A stretch of DNA of 64,000 nucleotides from Caulobacteraceae bacterium (GTDB taxonomy: Bacteria; Pseudomonadota; Alphaproteobacteria; Caulobacterales; Caulobacteraceae). The notes under the pieces were generated by a model, which ran no database searches, had not been told where the DNA came from, and saw only the letters and a list, made by a program, of their open reading frames with translations. Position numbers and translations under genes: made by a program. Of the stretch, positions 7,733-17,282 are shown piece by piece (the first letter of the stretch is position 1; each line of letters begins with the position of its first letter). The DNA is taken from assembly GCA_965277785.1 (NCBI GenBank), contig CBDIDP010000014.1, positions 570,299 to 634,298 on the forward strand, read 5' to 3'.

Positions 7733-9853
7733 TCAGCCCTTCTTGGCGTGGTCCAGCGCGGCGACCACCGTCGCGGGGGTCAGAAGTTGGGGCAGGACGT
7801 GGGGCGCGCCGCCCGCCGCGTCGTAGACCAGGTAAAGCGGCACGCCGATGCGGCCCTGTTGCGACAGGGCCGAGGCGATGGCGGCGTCGCGGTTGGTCCA
7901 GTCGGCGACGAGGTAGGCGGTCTTGGTCGCAGCGAAGGCCTTGGCCACGTCGGGGCTCGAGAAGGCGCCGCGTTCGTTGACCTGGCAGGTCACGCACCAG
8001 GCGGCGGTGAAGTTGACGAAGATCGGCCGGCCGGCGGCTTGCAACTCGACGACCTTGCCAGGCGACCACGGCTCGGCGGTCACAGCGCCCGCGCTGGTGA
8101 CCAGCACGCCCGGCGCCATGCGCGGCGCGAAAGGCTGGGCCGCCACGACCGCCACACCGCCGGCCAAGGCGGCGGCCGCCAGGCCGCCGGTGACGAAGCC
8201 CCGTCCGCCCGCCGCTCGCCGGCGCTGGGCGAAGCCGAACAGCCAGACGCAGAGCGCGAGCAGGACGCCGGCGGCGAGAACCCGGGCGAGGCCTTCGGAG
8301 TCGGTCTGCTGCGCCAGGACCCAGACCAGCCAGGCGGCGGCGGCGTACATCGGGAAGGCGAGGACATGCTTGAACGTGTCCATCCACACGCCCGGGCGGG
8401 GCAGCCGCCGCAGCAGGGCCGGGCTGAACGCCAGCAGAGTGAACGGCGCCGCGAAGCCCAGACCGAGGGCGATGAACACCGCCACCGCCACGAAGGCGGG
8501 CTGGGTCAGGGCGTAGCCCAGCGCCGGCCCCATGAACGGCGCGGTGCACGGCGCGGCGACGATCACCGCCAGGATGCCGGTGAACGCCGAGCCGACCAGC
8601 CCGCCGCGCGCCGCCAGGCCGGAACCCAACCCCTGGGCGGACGTCCCGATCTCGAACACGCCGGACAGGTTCAGCGCCGCCGCCAGCATGACCAGGGCGA
8701 GCACCGCGACGATCACCGGCGACTGCAGTTGGAAGCCCCAGCCCACCGCCTCGCCCGCCGCCCGCGCGCCGATCAGGGCGAGGGCGAGGGCGGCGAAGGT
8801 GACCAGGACTCCGCCCAGAAAGGCCAACGCCTGTGGTCGTGCGCCGGCCGCGTCGCCGCCATGACCGGCGAGCGAGGCCGCCTTCATCGACAGGATCGGG
8901 AACACGCACGGCATCAGGTTGAGGATCAGCCCGCCCAAGAAGGCGAAGGCGACCGCGCCGACGAACCCAGCGCCCAGCCCCGTCGCCGCCGCCTTGACCG
9001 CCGCCGGAGCGCCGAGGCCCGAGGCGCCGGCCGGAGCGGGGCCGTCGGCGGCCGACACCTCGAACGCCTTGCCATCGGCGACCAGCACGCCTTCAACCGC
9101 CGGCAGGTCGCCGCCCTTGGCGAGGTCGCCGACCGGTGTCAGCGACAGGGTGAGCCCCTGCTTGCCGCGTTCGACCGCCTGCGGCTTGGCATGGTCGATC
9201 ATCTTGTCGGAGTACGGATAGAAGTAGACGTCGTGGTCGCCGGCGCCCGCGAGCGGCGGACCCACCACCGCCAGTTGGATCATGTTCCTTTGCCGGCGGT
9301 AGGTCGCGGTTAGATCGTCCGATTTCGGCAGGCTCGCCAAGGTTGCGGCGATCCTGCCGGCCCAGGCCGGATCGGCCGCGCCCGGCGCCGCCGTGACCAT
9401 CACCGGCAAGGTCACGGTCGCCTGGTCCGGCACGCAGACGTCGGCGCAGACCAGGAACCGGACCACCGCGGACAGGGTGACGGTCTGGCCGACCACGGCA
9501 TTGGCCGGAACCTGAAGCGTCACCGGCAGGACGACGCCGCCTTCGTAGCCGTAGTTCATGATAGGCCCCACCGGCAGGCGCTTCGGCGTCGGCCACTGGA
9601 TCGGTCCCGCCGTCCAGCCCGCCGGCAAGGTCCAGGCGATCGCCGTCGCCTCGCCGGCGTCGCCGGGATTGCGCCAATAGCTGTGCCAGTCCTTCTGAAA
9701 CGTCTGCACGACGGCGACCTGGAGCGGGCGACCGGGCGCGGCGCTGGTCACGCCGGCGACGAGTTGCGTCGTCGCGTGCGGGCTGGCGACAGGCGCCGCC
9801 ACGGCGGGACCGCCGAAGATCAGCGCGGCGAAAAGGGCGAGAAGACGGACCAT
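7733..9853 (-). CDS. dsbD: Protein-disulfide reductase DsbD family protein
   Basis: Signal MVRLLALFAALIFGG; WHSYWRNPGDAG; ILNLMPCVFPILSMK; APCTAP; thioredoxin FTAAWCVTCQVNE. Confidence 0.85.
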   Translation of the reverse strand: MVRLLALFAALIFGGPAVAAPVASPHATTQLVAGVTSAAPGRPLQVAVVQTFQKDWHSYWRNPGDAGEATAIAWTLPAGWTAGPIQWPTPKRLPVGPIMNYGYEGGVVLPVTLQVPANAVVGQTVTLSAVVRFLVCADVCVPDQATVTLPVMVTAAPGAADPAWAGRIAATLASLPKSDDLTATYRRQRNMIQLAVVGPPLAGAGDHDVYFYPYSDKMIDHAKPQAVERGKQGLTLSLTPVGDLAKGGDLPAVEGVLVADGKAFEVSAADGPAPAGASGLGAPAAVKAAATGLGAGFVGAVAFAFLGGLILNLMPCVFPILSMKAASLAGHGGDAAGARPQALAFLGGVLVTFAALALALIGARAAGEAVGWGFQLQSPVIVAVLALVMLAAALNLSGVFEIGTSAQGLGSGLAARGGLVGSAFTGILAVIVAAPCTAPFMGPALGYALTQPAFVAVAVFIALGLGFAAPFTLLAFSPALLRRLPRPGVWMDTFKHVLAFPMYAAAAWLVWVLAQQTDSEGLARVLAAGVLLALCVWLFGFAQRRRAAGGRGFVTGGLAAAALAGGVAVVAAQPFAPRMAPGVLVTSAGAVTAEPWSPGKVVELQAAGRPIFVNFTAAWCVTCQVNERGAFSSPDVAKAFAATKTAYLVADWTNRDAAIASALSQQGRIGVPLYLVYDAAGGAPHVLPQLLTPATVVAALDHAKKG

Positions 9854-10143
9854 CGCCGCCCTGTTAAACTCAGCGCGCGGTCGCGTCTGCATCTGAAGGC
9901 GGCAAACGCCCGCCTGCTCTTCATTGATGCGCTCCCTCAAGAGCGTTCTCACTTCGATCGATGGACATCGTAGCAATGCAGAATACTGGGTCGCCGCCTC
10001 TTCGCGGGGAAAGCGAAGCTGAAGAGCATGTACCCCGACTTTTTCACACCTGCTAACGCCCGGCCATGACCTTTCCATGGAAGACAACCTCACGGAGGCC
10101 ACTCACCCGATCGACCCACCCCGGTCGGTCGAAAACCTGAAAA

Positions 10144-10956
10144 ATGGCGGATCGTGCTTTCCAACCATGGCTCGACCGCTGGACGCTGTCGCCCGATGGC
10201 GAGGCGTTCACCACGCGGATGGGCAGCCGGCTGCTGCCGGTGTCGCATCGGGGCGAGGCCGCCATGCTGAAGGTCGCCGATAGCGAGGAGGAACAGCGTG
10301 GTGGGGCGTTGATGGAGTGGTTCGGCGGTGTCGGCGCGGCGCGGGTGATCGCGCGCGAGGGTCCGGCGCTGTTGATGGAACGGGTGGTGGGCGAACGCTC
10401 TCTGTCGGACATGGCGCGCGCGGCGCTCGACGACGAGGCCACCCGCATCCTGTGTCGGACGGCGGTGGCGTTGCACGCGCCGCGCAGCGCGCCCGCGCTG
10501 TCCAGCCTGGTTCCGCTCACCGTCTGGTTCGCGGCGCTTGAGCCCGCCGCCGCGGCGTTTGGCGGCGCGTTCGAGGCGGCCGCGGCGGCCGCTCGCCCGC
10601 TTCTGGCCGAGCCGCGCGACCCGGTCGTGCTGCACGGCGATTACCATCACGACAATGTCCTGGACGGCGGCGCGCGGGGTTGGCTGGTGATCGATCCCAA
10701 GGGCCTGATCGGAGAACGCGGCTTCGAATACGCTAACCTGTTCCGCAATCCCGACGTCGATATCGCCCTCGCGCCCGGCCAAATGCGTCGCCGCGCCGAG
10801 ATCGTCGCCGAAGAGGCCGCGCTGGACATCCTCCGGCTGCTGCAATGGGTGCTCGCCTACGCCGGCCTGGGCGCGGCCTGGAGCCTGCAGAGCGGGCACG
10901 ATCCGAAACCGGGGTTGGCGATCGCCGAACAGGCCGCGCGCGAACTGGCGAGCTGA
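10144..10956 (+). CDS. Aminoglycoside/hydroxyurea phosphotransferase, APH(6)/StrB-like family
   Basis: AMLK, LHGDYHHDNVL, WLVIDPKGLIGERGFEYANLFRNP. Confidence 0.85.
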   Translation: MADRAFQPWLDRWTLSPDGEAFTTRMGSRLLPVSHRGEAAMLKVADSEEEQRGGALMEWFGGVGAARVIAREGPALLMERVVGERSLSDMARAALDDEATRILCRTAVALHAPRSAPALSSLVPLTVWFAALEPAAAAFGGAFEAAAAAARPLLAEPRDPVVLHGDYHHDNVLDGGARGWLVIDPKGLIGERGFEYANLFRNPDVDIALAPGQMRRRAEIVAEEAALDILRLLQWVLAYAGLGAAWSLQSGHDPKPGLAIAEQAARELAS

Positions 10957-11039
10957 TCCGCGGTGCGGGCGCGCTTTCTTGCGCGCGGGAGCGTCAGAGG
11001 TTACGCGGCTCGGGGTCTCGCGCCCCCGAGGATTTCTCC

Positions 11040-11426
11040 ATGCCCATCAGTTTCGACGACATCGAGGTCGGCCAGGTCGTCTCGCTCGGGGCGGCGGTGG
11101 TCGACGGCACGGTGCTGGAGAGTTTCATCGCCGCCTTCGATCCTGGATGGCCGGCCGATCAGGGCGCGCCGGACGCCATGACCTACGCCATCTGGTCGCG
11201 GCTGGAGGCGCGGGGCGAGGCGCCGCGCGGCAAGCGGCTTGGCGTCGACGCCCTGCGCTGGATGCGCAATCCGCCGGCGGGCGAACTGCTGCGCGGCCGG
11301 ATGACGGTCATGGCCAAGGATCCTGTCGGCGACGGCAAGGGCATCGTCATCGCCCAGCACGACCTGCTCGACGAGGCCGGGCGACTGGTGTTCTCTTGCC
11401 TGACCCGGAGCGTTCACGCGCGATAG
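11040..11426 (+). CDS. MaoC-like hotdog-fold dehydratase
   Basis: SFDDIEVGQ; LGVDALRWMRNPPAGELLRGRMTV; single hotdog fold size. Confidence 0.7.
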   Translation: MPISFDDIEVGQVVSLGAAVVDGTVLESFIAAFDPGWPADQGAPDAMTYAIWSRLEARGEAPRGKRLGVDALRWMRNPPAGELLRGRMTVMAKDPVGDGKGIVIAQHDLLDEAGRLVFSCLTRSVHAR

Positions 11427-11436
11427 AGGCGTCCCG

Positions 11437-12348
11437 ATGCGTGCGGAAATCCTAACCTTCACCCGCCGCGCGACGCTCGCCGGTTTCGCCGCGGGGGTTG
11501 CGACGCCCGCCTGGCCTCAGCTTCGGCAATACAAGGCGCAGCTCCAGCTCGGGCAGGGCGCCGAATACGGCTTCGCGACATTCGACATGGCGACCGGAAG
11601 CGGCCCGTCGGCGAACGGCGATCTGCGCTTTCCGATGTGCTCGACCTTCAAATGGCTCCTGGCGGCCCGCGTGTTGTCGCGGGTCGACGCCGGCGAGGAG
11701 CGTCTCGACCGCCCGGTGAGCTTCGGGTCGGGCGACATCCTCGACTACGCGCCAACCTCGAAGTCGGTGCTCGCCGCCGGCGGAGGGGCCGGAGCGCGGA
11801 TGACGGTGGACGCGCTGTGCGAGGCGGCGGTGGAACTCAGCGACAACACCGCCGCCAACCTGCTGCTGGCTGGCGTCGGCGGCCCTCCGGGGCTGACCGC
11901 CTGGCTGCGCGCCCATGGCGACGCGGTCACCACGCTCGAGCGGACCGAACCGGCGCTGAACCATGTCGCCGCCGGCGAAACCCGCGACACGACCACGCCC
12001 GCCGCCATAGTCGGTAACCTGCGGCGCATCCTGTTCGGCGACGTGCTCGCTCCCGCTTCGCGCCGGCGCCTGATGGAATGGATGCTGGCGTGCAAGACCG
12101 GCGAAACGCGGCTGAAGGCCGGCCTGCCGCCGGAATGGCGCATCGCGCAGAAGACCGGAACTTGGAACTACAATCCCGACTCGAAGGAGCCCCAGCGGGC
12201 GGCGTCCGGCGATGTCGGCGTGCTGTTTCCACCACGCGGCGCGCCGATCCTGATCGCCGCCTACACCGCCGGCTCGACCCGGCCCCAGGCGGAGGTGGAC
12301 CGCTGGTTCGCCGCGGTGGCGCGGCAGGTCTCGACACCTCTCCCATAG
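11437..12348 (+). CDS. Class A beta-lactamase-like serine hydrolase with Tat-like signal
   Basis: FPMCSTFK (SxxK), SDN, ERTEPALN (E166/N170 equivalents), KTG; RRATLAG signal. Confidence 0.9.
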   Translation: MRAEILTFTRRATLAGFAAGVATPAWPQLRQYKAQLQLGQGAEYGFATFDMATGSGPSANGDLRFPMCSTFKWLLAARVLSRVDAGEERLDRPVSFGSGDILDYAPTSKSVLAAGGGAGARMTVDALCEAAVELSDNTAANLLLAGVGGPPGLTAWLRAHGDAVTTLERTEPALNHVAAGETRDTTTPAAIVGNLRRILFGDVLAPASRRRLMEWMLACKTGETRLKAGLPPEWRIAQKTGTWNYNPDSKEPQRAASGDVGVLFPPRGAPILIAAYTAGSTRPQAEVDRWFAAVARQVSTPLP

Positions 12349-12486
12349 GGAGAGGAAGGGGCCCAGCGAAGCTGGGAGGGTGAGGGGTTACGGTCTCAAC
12401 AATGTGAGTGCGTTGCCTGAAACACCGTAGCCCCTCATCCTCCCACGCCTATGGCGCGGGCCCCTCCTTCTCCCTCTGGGAGAAGG
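12337..12486. repeat. Bipartite palindromic intergenic repeat, family A (CIR/RIME-like)
   Basis: CCTCTCCCATAGGGAGAGG...CCTTCTCCCTCTGGGAGAAGG; similar copies at 18652 and 33174. Confidence 0.85.
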
Positions 12487-12490
12487 AAAC

Positions 12491-13288
12491 TCAGTTCAGA
12501 TTCGCCGGGGCCATCGGCGTGTTTTGCCTCACCAGCGCGATCGAGATCAGCTTGTCCCAGCCCATCAGCGAGGTGAGGTGATAGTAGATCTGGCTCAGGG
12601 CGCCGTTGTCCATCAGCTCGCGCAGCTTGGCGTCGGGCAGGGCCTTCAGCTTCTCTTCCGACACGGCGATATAGTCGGCGACCTGCTGGACCGGTCCGGC
12701 GCTCCCGTCGGGAAGCTGGGGCGTGTAATTGGCGGTGCGGCTTTCGAACAGGTCGAGATCGGTGAGGATCTGGACGAAGGACTCGGTCCGGCGGCACTCG
12801 ACCTCGTAGTCGTTGCAGAACTGGATGCAGCCCTTGGTGTAGTCGGTGGGTTGGCCCGCGGGATCGAACAGCGGCAGGTCCGGCAGGTCGCCGATCATCC
12901 GCGCCGCGCGGTCGATGCACACCACCAGTTGCTCGTTGGCGTCGTCCCGCGCGAGCACGAAGGGATAGCGCCGGATATAGGCCGGGACATAGACGCCGGC
13001 GTCGAAGAAGCCGTTTTCACCGATGAACAGGTTGCGGTTGTCCAGGCCCATCACCGCCAGGGGCTGACGCTTCTCGCCGGCGAAGATGATCGGATAGGAC
13101 ACCGCGCAGCCCGGGAACTCGGTCACCGCCAGCGGCGAGACGTTGCTCAGCATGGCGAAGGCGAACGGCCGGTCGACCCGGCGCAGACCAAGCGTGGCGT
13201 GAGCCTGGTTGTTCAGCGGCTCCGGGTTCACATAGAACAGGACCTCGCCGGCGATGTTGCTGGCGGTCGGCTGGATCTCGTCGGCCAT
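12491..13288 (-). CDS. SapC family protein
   Basis: PLAVTEF, YPIIF, PLAVMGL, YVPAYIRRYPFVL; ATG 13288. Confidence 0.85.
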   Translation of the reverse strand: MADEIQPTASNIAGEVLFYVNPEPLNNQAHATLGLRRVDRPFAFAMLSNVSPLAVTEFPGCAVSYPIIFAGEKRQPLAVMGLDNRNLFIGENGFFDAGVYVPAYIRRYPFVLARDDANEQLVVCIDRAARMIGDLPDLPLFDPAGQPTDYTKGCIQFCNDYEVECRRTESFVQILTDLDLFESRTANYTPQLPDGSAGPVQQVADYIAVSEEKLKALPDAKLRELMDNGALSQIYYHLTSLMGWDKLISIALVRQNTPMAPANLN

Positions 13289-13427
13289 CGGGCGCTCGTT
13301 CAATCGTTTGGGAAATGAGGGAGGCGGCGCTTCTAACGGATCGCCCTATCGGCGGCAATAAAACGCCGCGGCTCGGTTGCGGCGCGCATTGTCGCGGGCT
13401 TCAATGGCGAAAAAAGGAAGGAAGCCC

Positions 13428-14309
13428 ATGCCGATCCATTACCCCGACATCCTCGACCAGCGCACCGCCGCGAGGACGTTCAGCTTCGACGACAAGGACA
13501 TCATGCTCTACGCCCTCGGGATCGGCATGGGCGCCGATCCGATGGACGCCGAGGAGCTGAAGTTCGTCTACGAGCGGGAGCTGAAGGTCGTGCCGACGGC
13601 GGCGACGGTGCTGGCCGCCGGCGCGCGGGGGACGGGCCAGCCCGCCGACATGCCGCCCGGCCACCGGCCCAGCCAGATCAACTTCCTGATGGTGGTCCAC
13701 GGCGAACAGAAGATCGAACTGCACCGTCCCCTGCCGACCTCCGGCGCCTTTACGACGGAGAGCCGCACCACCGGGGCGTACGACAAGGGCGAGGGCAAGG
13801 GCGCGGTTCTGATCAACGAGACGACCTGGACCAACGAGGCGGGCGAAAAGGTCGCCACCCTCACCGGCTCGACCTTCGCGCGAGGCGACGGCGGCTTCGG
13901 CGGCCCGAGCGAAGGCGCCCCTGTTCCGCACCCGACGCCGTCCAGGCCGGCGGACCTGTCGCTCGACTTCACGACCCAGCCCGACCAAGCCCTGCTCTAT
14001 CGTCTGAACGGCGACCGCAACCCGTTGCACTCCGATCCCGAGGTGGCGGCGAAGGCCGGCTTCCCGCGCCCGATCCTGCACGGCCTGTGCACCTACGGCG
14101 TCACCTGCCGCGCGATCCTGCAAGGGATCACCGGCTACGACCCGGAGCCGATCCTGAGCCACCAGGCGCGGTTCTCGGCGCCGGTGTTCCCGGGCGACAC
14201 CATCACAGTCGACCTCTGGCGCGACGGGAACGAGATTGCCTTCGAAGCCCGGGTCAAAGCGCGGAACGTCACGGTGATTAAGAACGGACTGACGGTCCTG
14301 CGGTCGTAG
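13428..14309 (+). CDS. MaoC family (R)-enoyl-CoA hydratase, double hotdog
   Basis: MLYALGIG, VHGEQ, YRLNGDRNPLHSDP, PILHGLCTYG. Confidence 0.9.
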   Translation: MPIHYPDILDQRTAARTFSFDDKDIMLYALGIGMGADPMDAEELKFVYERELKVVPTAATVLAAGARGTGQPADMPPGHRPSQINFLMVVHGEQKIELHRPLPTSGAFTTESRTTGAYDKGEGKGAVLINETTWTNEAGEKVATLTGSTFARGDGGFGGPSEGAPVPHPTPSRPADLSLDFTTQPDQALLYRLNGDRNPLHSDPEVAAKAGFPRPILHGLCTYGVTCRAILQGITGYDPEPILSHQARFSAPVFPGDTITVDLWRDGNEIAFEARVKARNVTVIKNGLTVLRS

Positions 14310-14318
14310 CATAGGTAT

Positions 14319-14478
14319 CCTTCTCCCCTTGCGGGAGAAGGTGGCGGCGAAGCCGACGGATGAGGGGTCGACGGGACCTGTCCGCCTACGTTTTCCGGGT
14401 TCACGCCATTCACTACGTCCGGCGCGACCCCTCATCCGACCCGCTACGCGGGCCACCTTCTCCCGCAAGGGGAGAAGG
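14319..14478. repeat. Bipartite palindromic intergenic repeat, family A-related
   Basis: 27-bp terminal inverted repeat CCTTCTCCCCTTGCGGGAGAAGGTGGC / GCCACCTTCTCCCGCAAGGGGAGAAGG plus inner GGATGAGGGG/CCCCTCATCC. Confidence 0.85.
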
Positions 14479-14549
14479 ACGAGTTATGAGGCCGGATCAG
14501 CTAGAGCTGATCAACAGCATTCCTATCACCATTTGAAAAGTCGCCGCCC

Positions 14550-14978
14550 TCAATCGTCCCGGTGCACCCGCTCGCGCCGCTCGTGACGTTCCTGGGCTTC
14601 GAGCGCCAGGGTGGCGATGGGGCGGGCTTCGAGGCGGGCGATGCCGATCGGCTCGCCGGTTTCCTCGCAATAGCCGTACTCGCCGTCTTCGATGCGGCGC
14701 AGGGCGTCGTCGATCTTGGAGATCAGCTTGCGCTGCCGATCGCGCGTGCGCAGCTCCAGCGAGCGGTCGGTCTCCGACGAGGCGCGGTCGGCCAGATCGG
14801 GATGGTTGACGGTCTCAAGTTGCAGGTGGCTGACGGTCTCGCGCGACTCCTTCAGGATATCCTCGCGCCAGGTGAGCAGCTTGCGTTTGAAGTAGGCGAG
14901 CTGCCGATCGTTCATGAACGGCTCATCGTCGGTCGGACGATAGCGGTCCAAATCAACATAAGTGGAAGACGGACTCAT
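14550..14978 (-). CDS. dksA: RNA polymerase-binding protein DksA
   Basis: YRPTDDEPFMN, DLADRASSE, YGYCEETGEPIG..RL.ARP. Confidence 0.95.
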   Translation of the reverse strand: MSPSSTYVDLDRYRPTDDEPFMNDRQLAYFKRKLLTWREDILKESRETVSHLQLETVNHPDLADRASSETDRSLELRTRDRQRKLISKIDDALRRIEDGEYGYCEETGEPIGIARLEARPIATLALEAQERHERRERVHRDD

Positions 14979-15173
14979 AAAAGCCTCACGCCGCCATCCC
15001 CGATAGCCCCCAGCCATGGAGGCGCGCTTAGCCGAATTCGTCCGCCCCGGCAATCGTACCGAGTGCGACGTTTCGCGCGCAACTCGCTCCAACCTTAACG
15101 CGATTTAAGTGGCGCCGCGGCCGCTGTGGGGGACAGTGGACGCTTAAGACCTAGACCACTGGGACCTCAGCCT

Positions 15174-15938
15174 ATGTTTCGATCCTTGACCTCGACCAGC
15201 CTCGCCGCCGCGCTGTGCGCGGTCGGCATTTCGCTGGGCGCAGTCACCGCCGCCCACGCGCTGGACGATGACGTCCGCATGGTGCCGCGGCAGGTGTCGC
15301 TGGGTGGAAGTTGCCCGGGGTGCGATCTATCGCGGCGCAACCTGCGGGGCGCCCGCTTTCTAGGCGCGGACTTCAGCAAGGCGTCCCTGGTCGGCGCCGA
15401 CCTCAAGGGCGCGTCGTTCATGGGTTCGGACTTCTCGCGCGCCGACTTTTCCCACGCCGACCTGACCGGCGCGGGAGCGATGGGCGCCACATTCACGGAT
15501 TCGGTTTTTGAAGGCGCCGTGATGATCCGGTTGCGCGGCACCGGCGCGGATTTCCAGAACGTCGACCTGAAGAACGTCCGTCTTGACGGATCGGACCTGC
15601 AGGGCACGGATTTTCACGGCGCCGACGCGCGCGGCGCCAGCTTCGACAACGCCCGGCTGACGGGGGCGGACCTGCGCGGCGGCCACTTCGAACAGGCTTC
15701 GTTCCGCGGCGCGGACCTCATCGGCGCGGATCTCGCCGGCGGCCATTTCGCCGGAGCCGACTTCAAGGGCGCGAGCCTGCGCCTGACCTCGCGGGCCGGC
15801 GTCGATCTGTCGGACGCGAAGAACGTTTCCACGGAAAGGACGGTGATCTGCTTCACCCGCTCGGGATCGCCGTCGCACCCCTGCGCCTTCCCGGCGCCGC
15901 CCGCGCCCCCGGAACCACCGCGCGCGCCGCACTACTGA
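15174..15938 (+). CDS. Exported pentapeptide-repeat protein
   Basis: Signal peptide; CPGCDL; long A(D/N)(L/F)xx repeats; Pro-rich tail. Confidence 0.85.
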   Translation: MFRSLTSTSLAAALCAVGISLGAVTAAHALDDDVRMVPRQVSLGGSCPGCDLSRRNLRGARFLGADFSKASLVGADLKGASFMGSDFSRADFSHADLTGAGAMGATFTDSVFEGAVMIRLRGTGADFQNVDLKNVRLDGSDLQGTDFHGADARGASFDNARLTGADLRGGHFEQASFRGADLIGADLAGGHFAGADFKGASLRLTSRAGVDLSDAKNVSTERTVICFTRSGSPSHPCAFPAPPAPPEPPRAPHY

Positions 15939-15980
15939 TTCAGCATTCCGGGAGTGTACCAAGGTTAGGAAAGGCTTTTG

Positions 15981-16150
15981 AACCACCAAGACACCAAGGA
16001 CGCCAAGGTTTCGCCTCTTTACGCGGTTCCTTCGGCAATCGATCGCCCAGAATAATTCGACGGCGAAGCTGTCCAAATCGCTCGCCGCGGTCTCACCAAT
16101 GGATCCCCGGAAACGCCGCGCCCTTGGGTGTCCTTGGTGTCTTGGTGGTT
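15981..16150. repeat. MITE-like element with CCAAG-periodic inverted arms (family E)
   Basis: AACCACCAAGACACCAAGGACGCCAAGG (15981-16008) vs CCTTGGGTGTCCTTGGTGTCTTGGTGGTT (16122-16150). Confidence 0.8.
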
Positions 16151-16503
16151 TAAACCTCTTTCTTAAGCGACGGCGACGGCGACGGACCGCGCTCCGCTTT
16201 TTCCGCCAAGCCCGACCGTCCCTCGCGCGCCGCCAAGGCTTTGGCGACCTCATCGAGAGTGACACCGGCGCCGGCGAGCAGGGCCATCCAGTGGTAGATC
16301 AGGTCGGCGCTCTCGGCGACCACGCCCTCGCGGCGCCCGGCCACCGCCGCCAGGGATAGTTCGACCGCCTCCTCGGCCAGCTTCTTCGCCGCCAGTTCCG
16401 GGTCGTTCAGCAGCCTCGCCGACCACGACGCCGCCGGATCGGCGTCCCGCCGCGCCGCGATGGTCGCACTGAGCTTGTCGATCTGGTCGCCGAACCGGCT
16501 CAT
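16150..16503 (-). CDS. hisE: Phosphoribosyl-ATP pyrophosphatase
   Basis: [18 protein letters not shown]; ATG overlaps the hisF stop. Confidence 0.9.
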   Translation of the reverse strand: MSRFGDQIDKLSATIAARRDADPAASWSARLLNDPELAAKKLAEEAVELSLAAVAGRREGVVAESADLIYHWMALLAGAGVTLDEVAKALAAREGRSGLAEKAERGPSPSPSLKKEV

Positions 16504-17282
16504 GCCCGCGCCTCCCATGCCGGCCGCACGGGGATGCCCGCCGAGCGCATCGCCGCCTTGGCCTCGGCGATGGTGATCTCGCCAAAGTGGAAGATGGAAG
16601 CGGCGAGCACCGCGTCGGCGTGGCCGGTTTTCACCGCGTCGATCAGGTGGTCGGTCGATCCGGCGCCGCCGCTGGCGATCACCGGCACGCCGACCGCCGC
16701 GTTCACCCGCGCCAGCAGGGCGACATCGTAGCCGTCCTTGGCGCCGTCGCGGTCCATCGAGGTCAGCAGGATCTCGCCCGCCCCGCGCCCCGCCGCCATC
16801 GCGGCGTAGTCCACCACATCCAGCCCTGTCGGCCTGCGGCCGCCGTAGGTGAACACCTCCCAGCCTTCGCCGCCGTCGGAACGGCGTTTGGCGTCGATCG
16901 CCACCACCGTGGCCTGCGATCCAAAGGCGTCGGCGCAGGCGGCGATCAGGTCGGGGGTCTCCACCGCCGCGGTGTTGATCGAGATCTTGTCGGCCCCGGC
17001 GCGCAGCAGGGTGCGGGCGTCGTCCACCGCGCGGATGCCGCCGCCGACCGAGACCGGCATGAAACAGACCTCGGCGGTGCGCGCGATGACGTCGAGAATG
17101 GCGCCGCGTCCTTCATGGCTGGCCGTGATGTCGAGGAACATCAGCTCGTCCGCCCCCGCCGCGTCATAGGCGGCCGCCTGCTCCACCGGATCGCCGGCGT
17201 CGCGCAGATCGAGGAACTGGACGCCCTTCACCACCCGGCCGTCCTTGACGTCCAGGCAGGGGATTACCCTCACCTTCAGCAT
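16500..17282 (-). CDS. hisF: Imidazole glycerol phosphate synthase cyclase subunit
   Basis: [32 protein letters not shown]. Confidence 0.97.
   Translation of the reverse strand: MLKVRVIPCLDVKDGRVVKGVQFLDLRDAGDPVEQAAAYDAAGADELMFLDITASHEGRGAILDVIARTAEVCFMPVSVGGGIRAVDDARTLLRAGADKISINTAAVETPDLIAACADAFGSQATVVAIDAKRRSDGGEGWEVFTYGGRRPTGLDVVDYAAMAAGRGAGEILLTSMDRDGAKDGYDVALLARVNAAVGVPVIASGGAGSTDHLIDAVKTGHADAVLAASIFHFGEITIAEAKAAMRSAGIPVRPAWEARA

Noticed and set aside
9860-10140. Possible two-piece tmRNA or other known structured RNA
   Set aside because: No ANDN-type tag frame and no tRNA-like T-arm or acceptor sequence found by eye
10144-12348. Mobile multidrug-resistance cassette
   Set aside because: No IS, integron attC or GC anomaly; the genes look intrinsic
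15095-15108. CtrA-like TTAA...TTAA between dksA and the pentapeptide gene
   Set aside because: Spacer is 6 nt, not 7; at most a half-site
15174-15938. Pentapeptide protein as a Qnr/MfpA quinolone-resistance factor
   Set aside because: It has a signal peptide, so it is unlikely to reach gyrase; generic exported pentapeptide proteins are common
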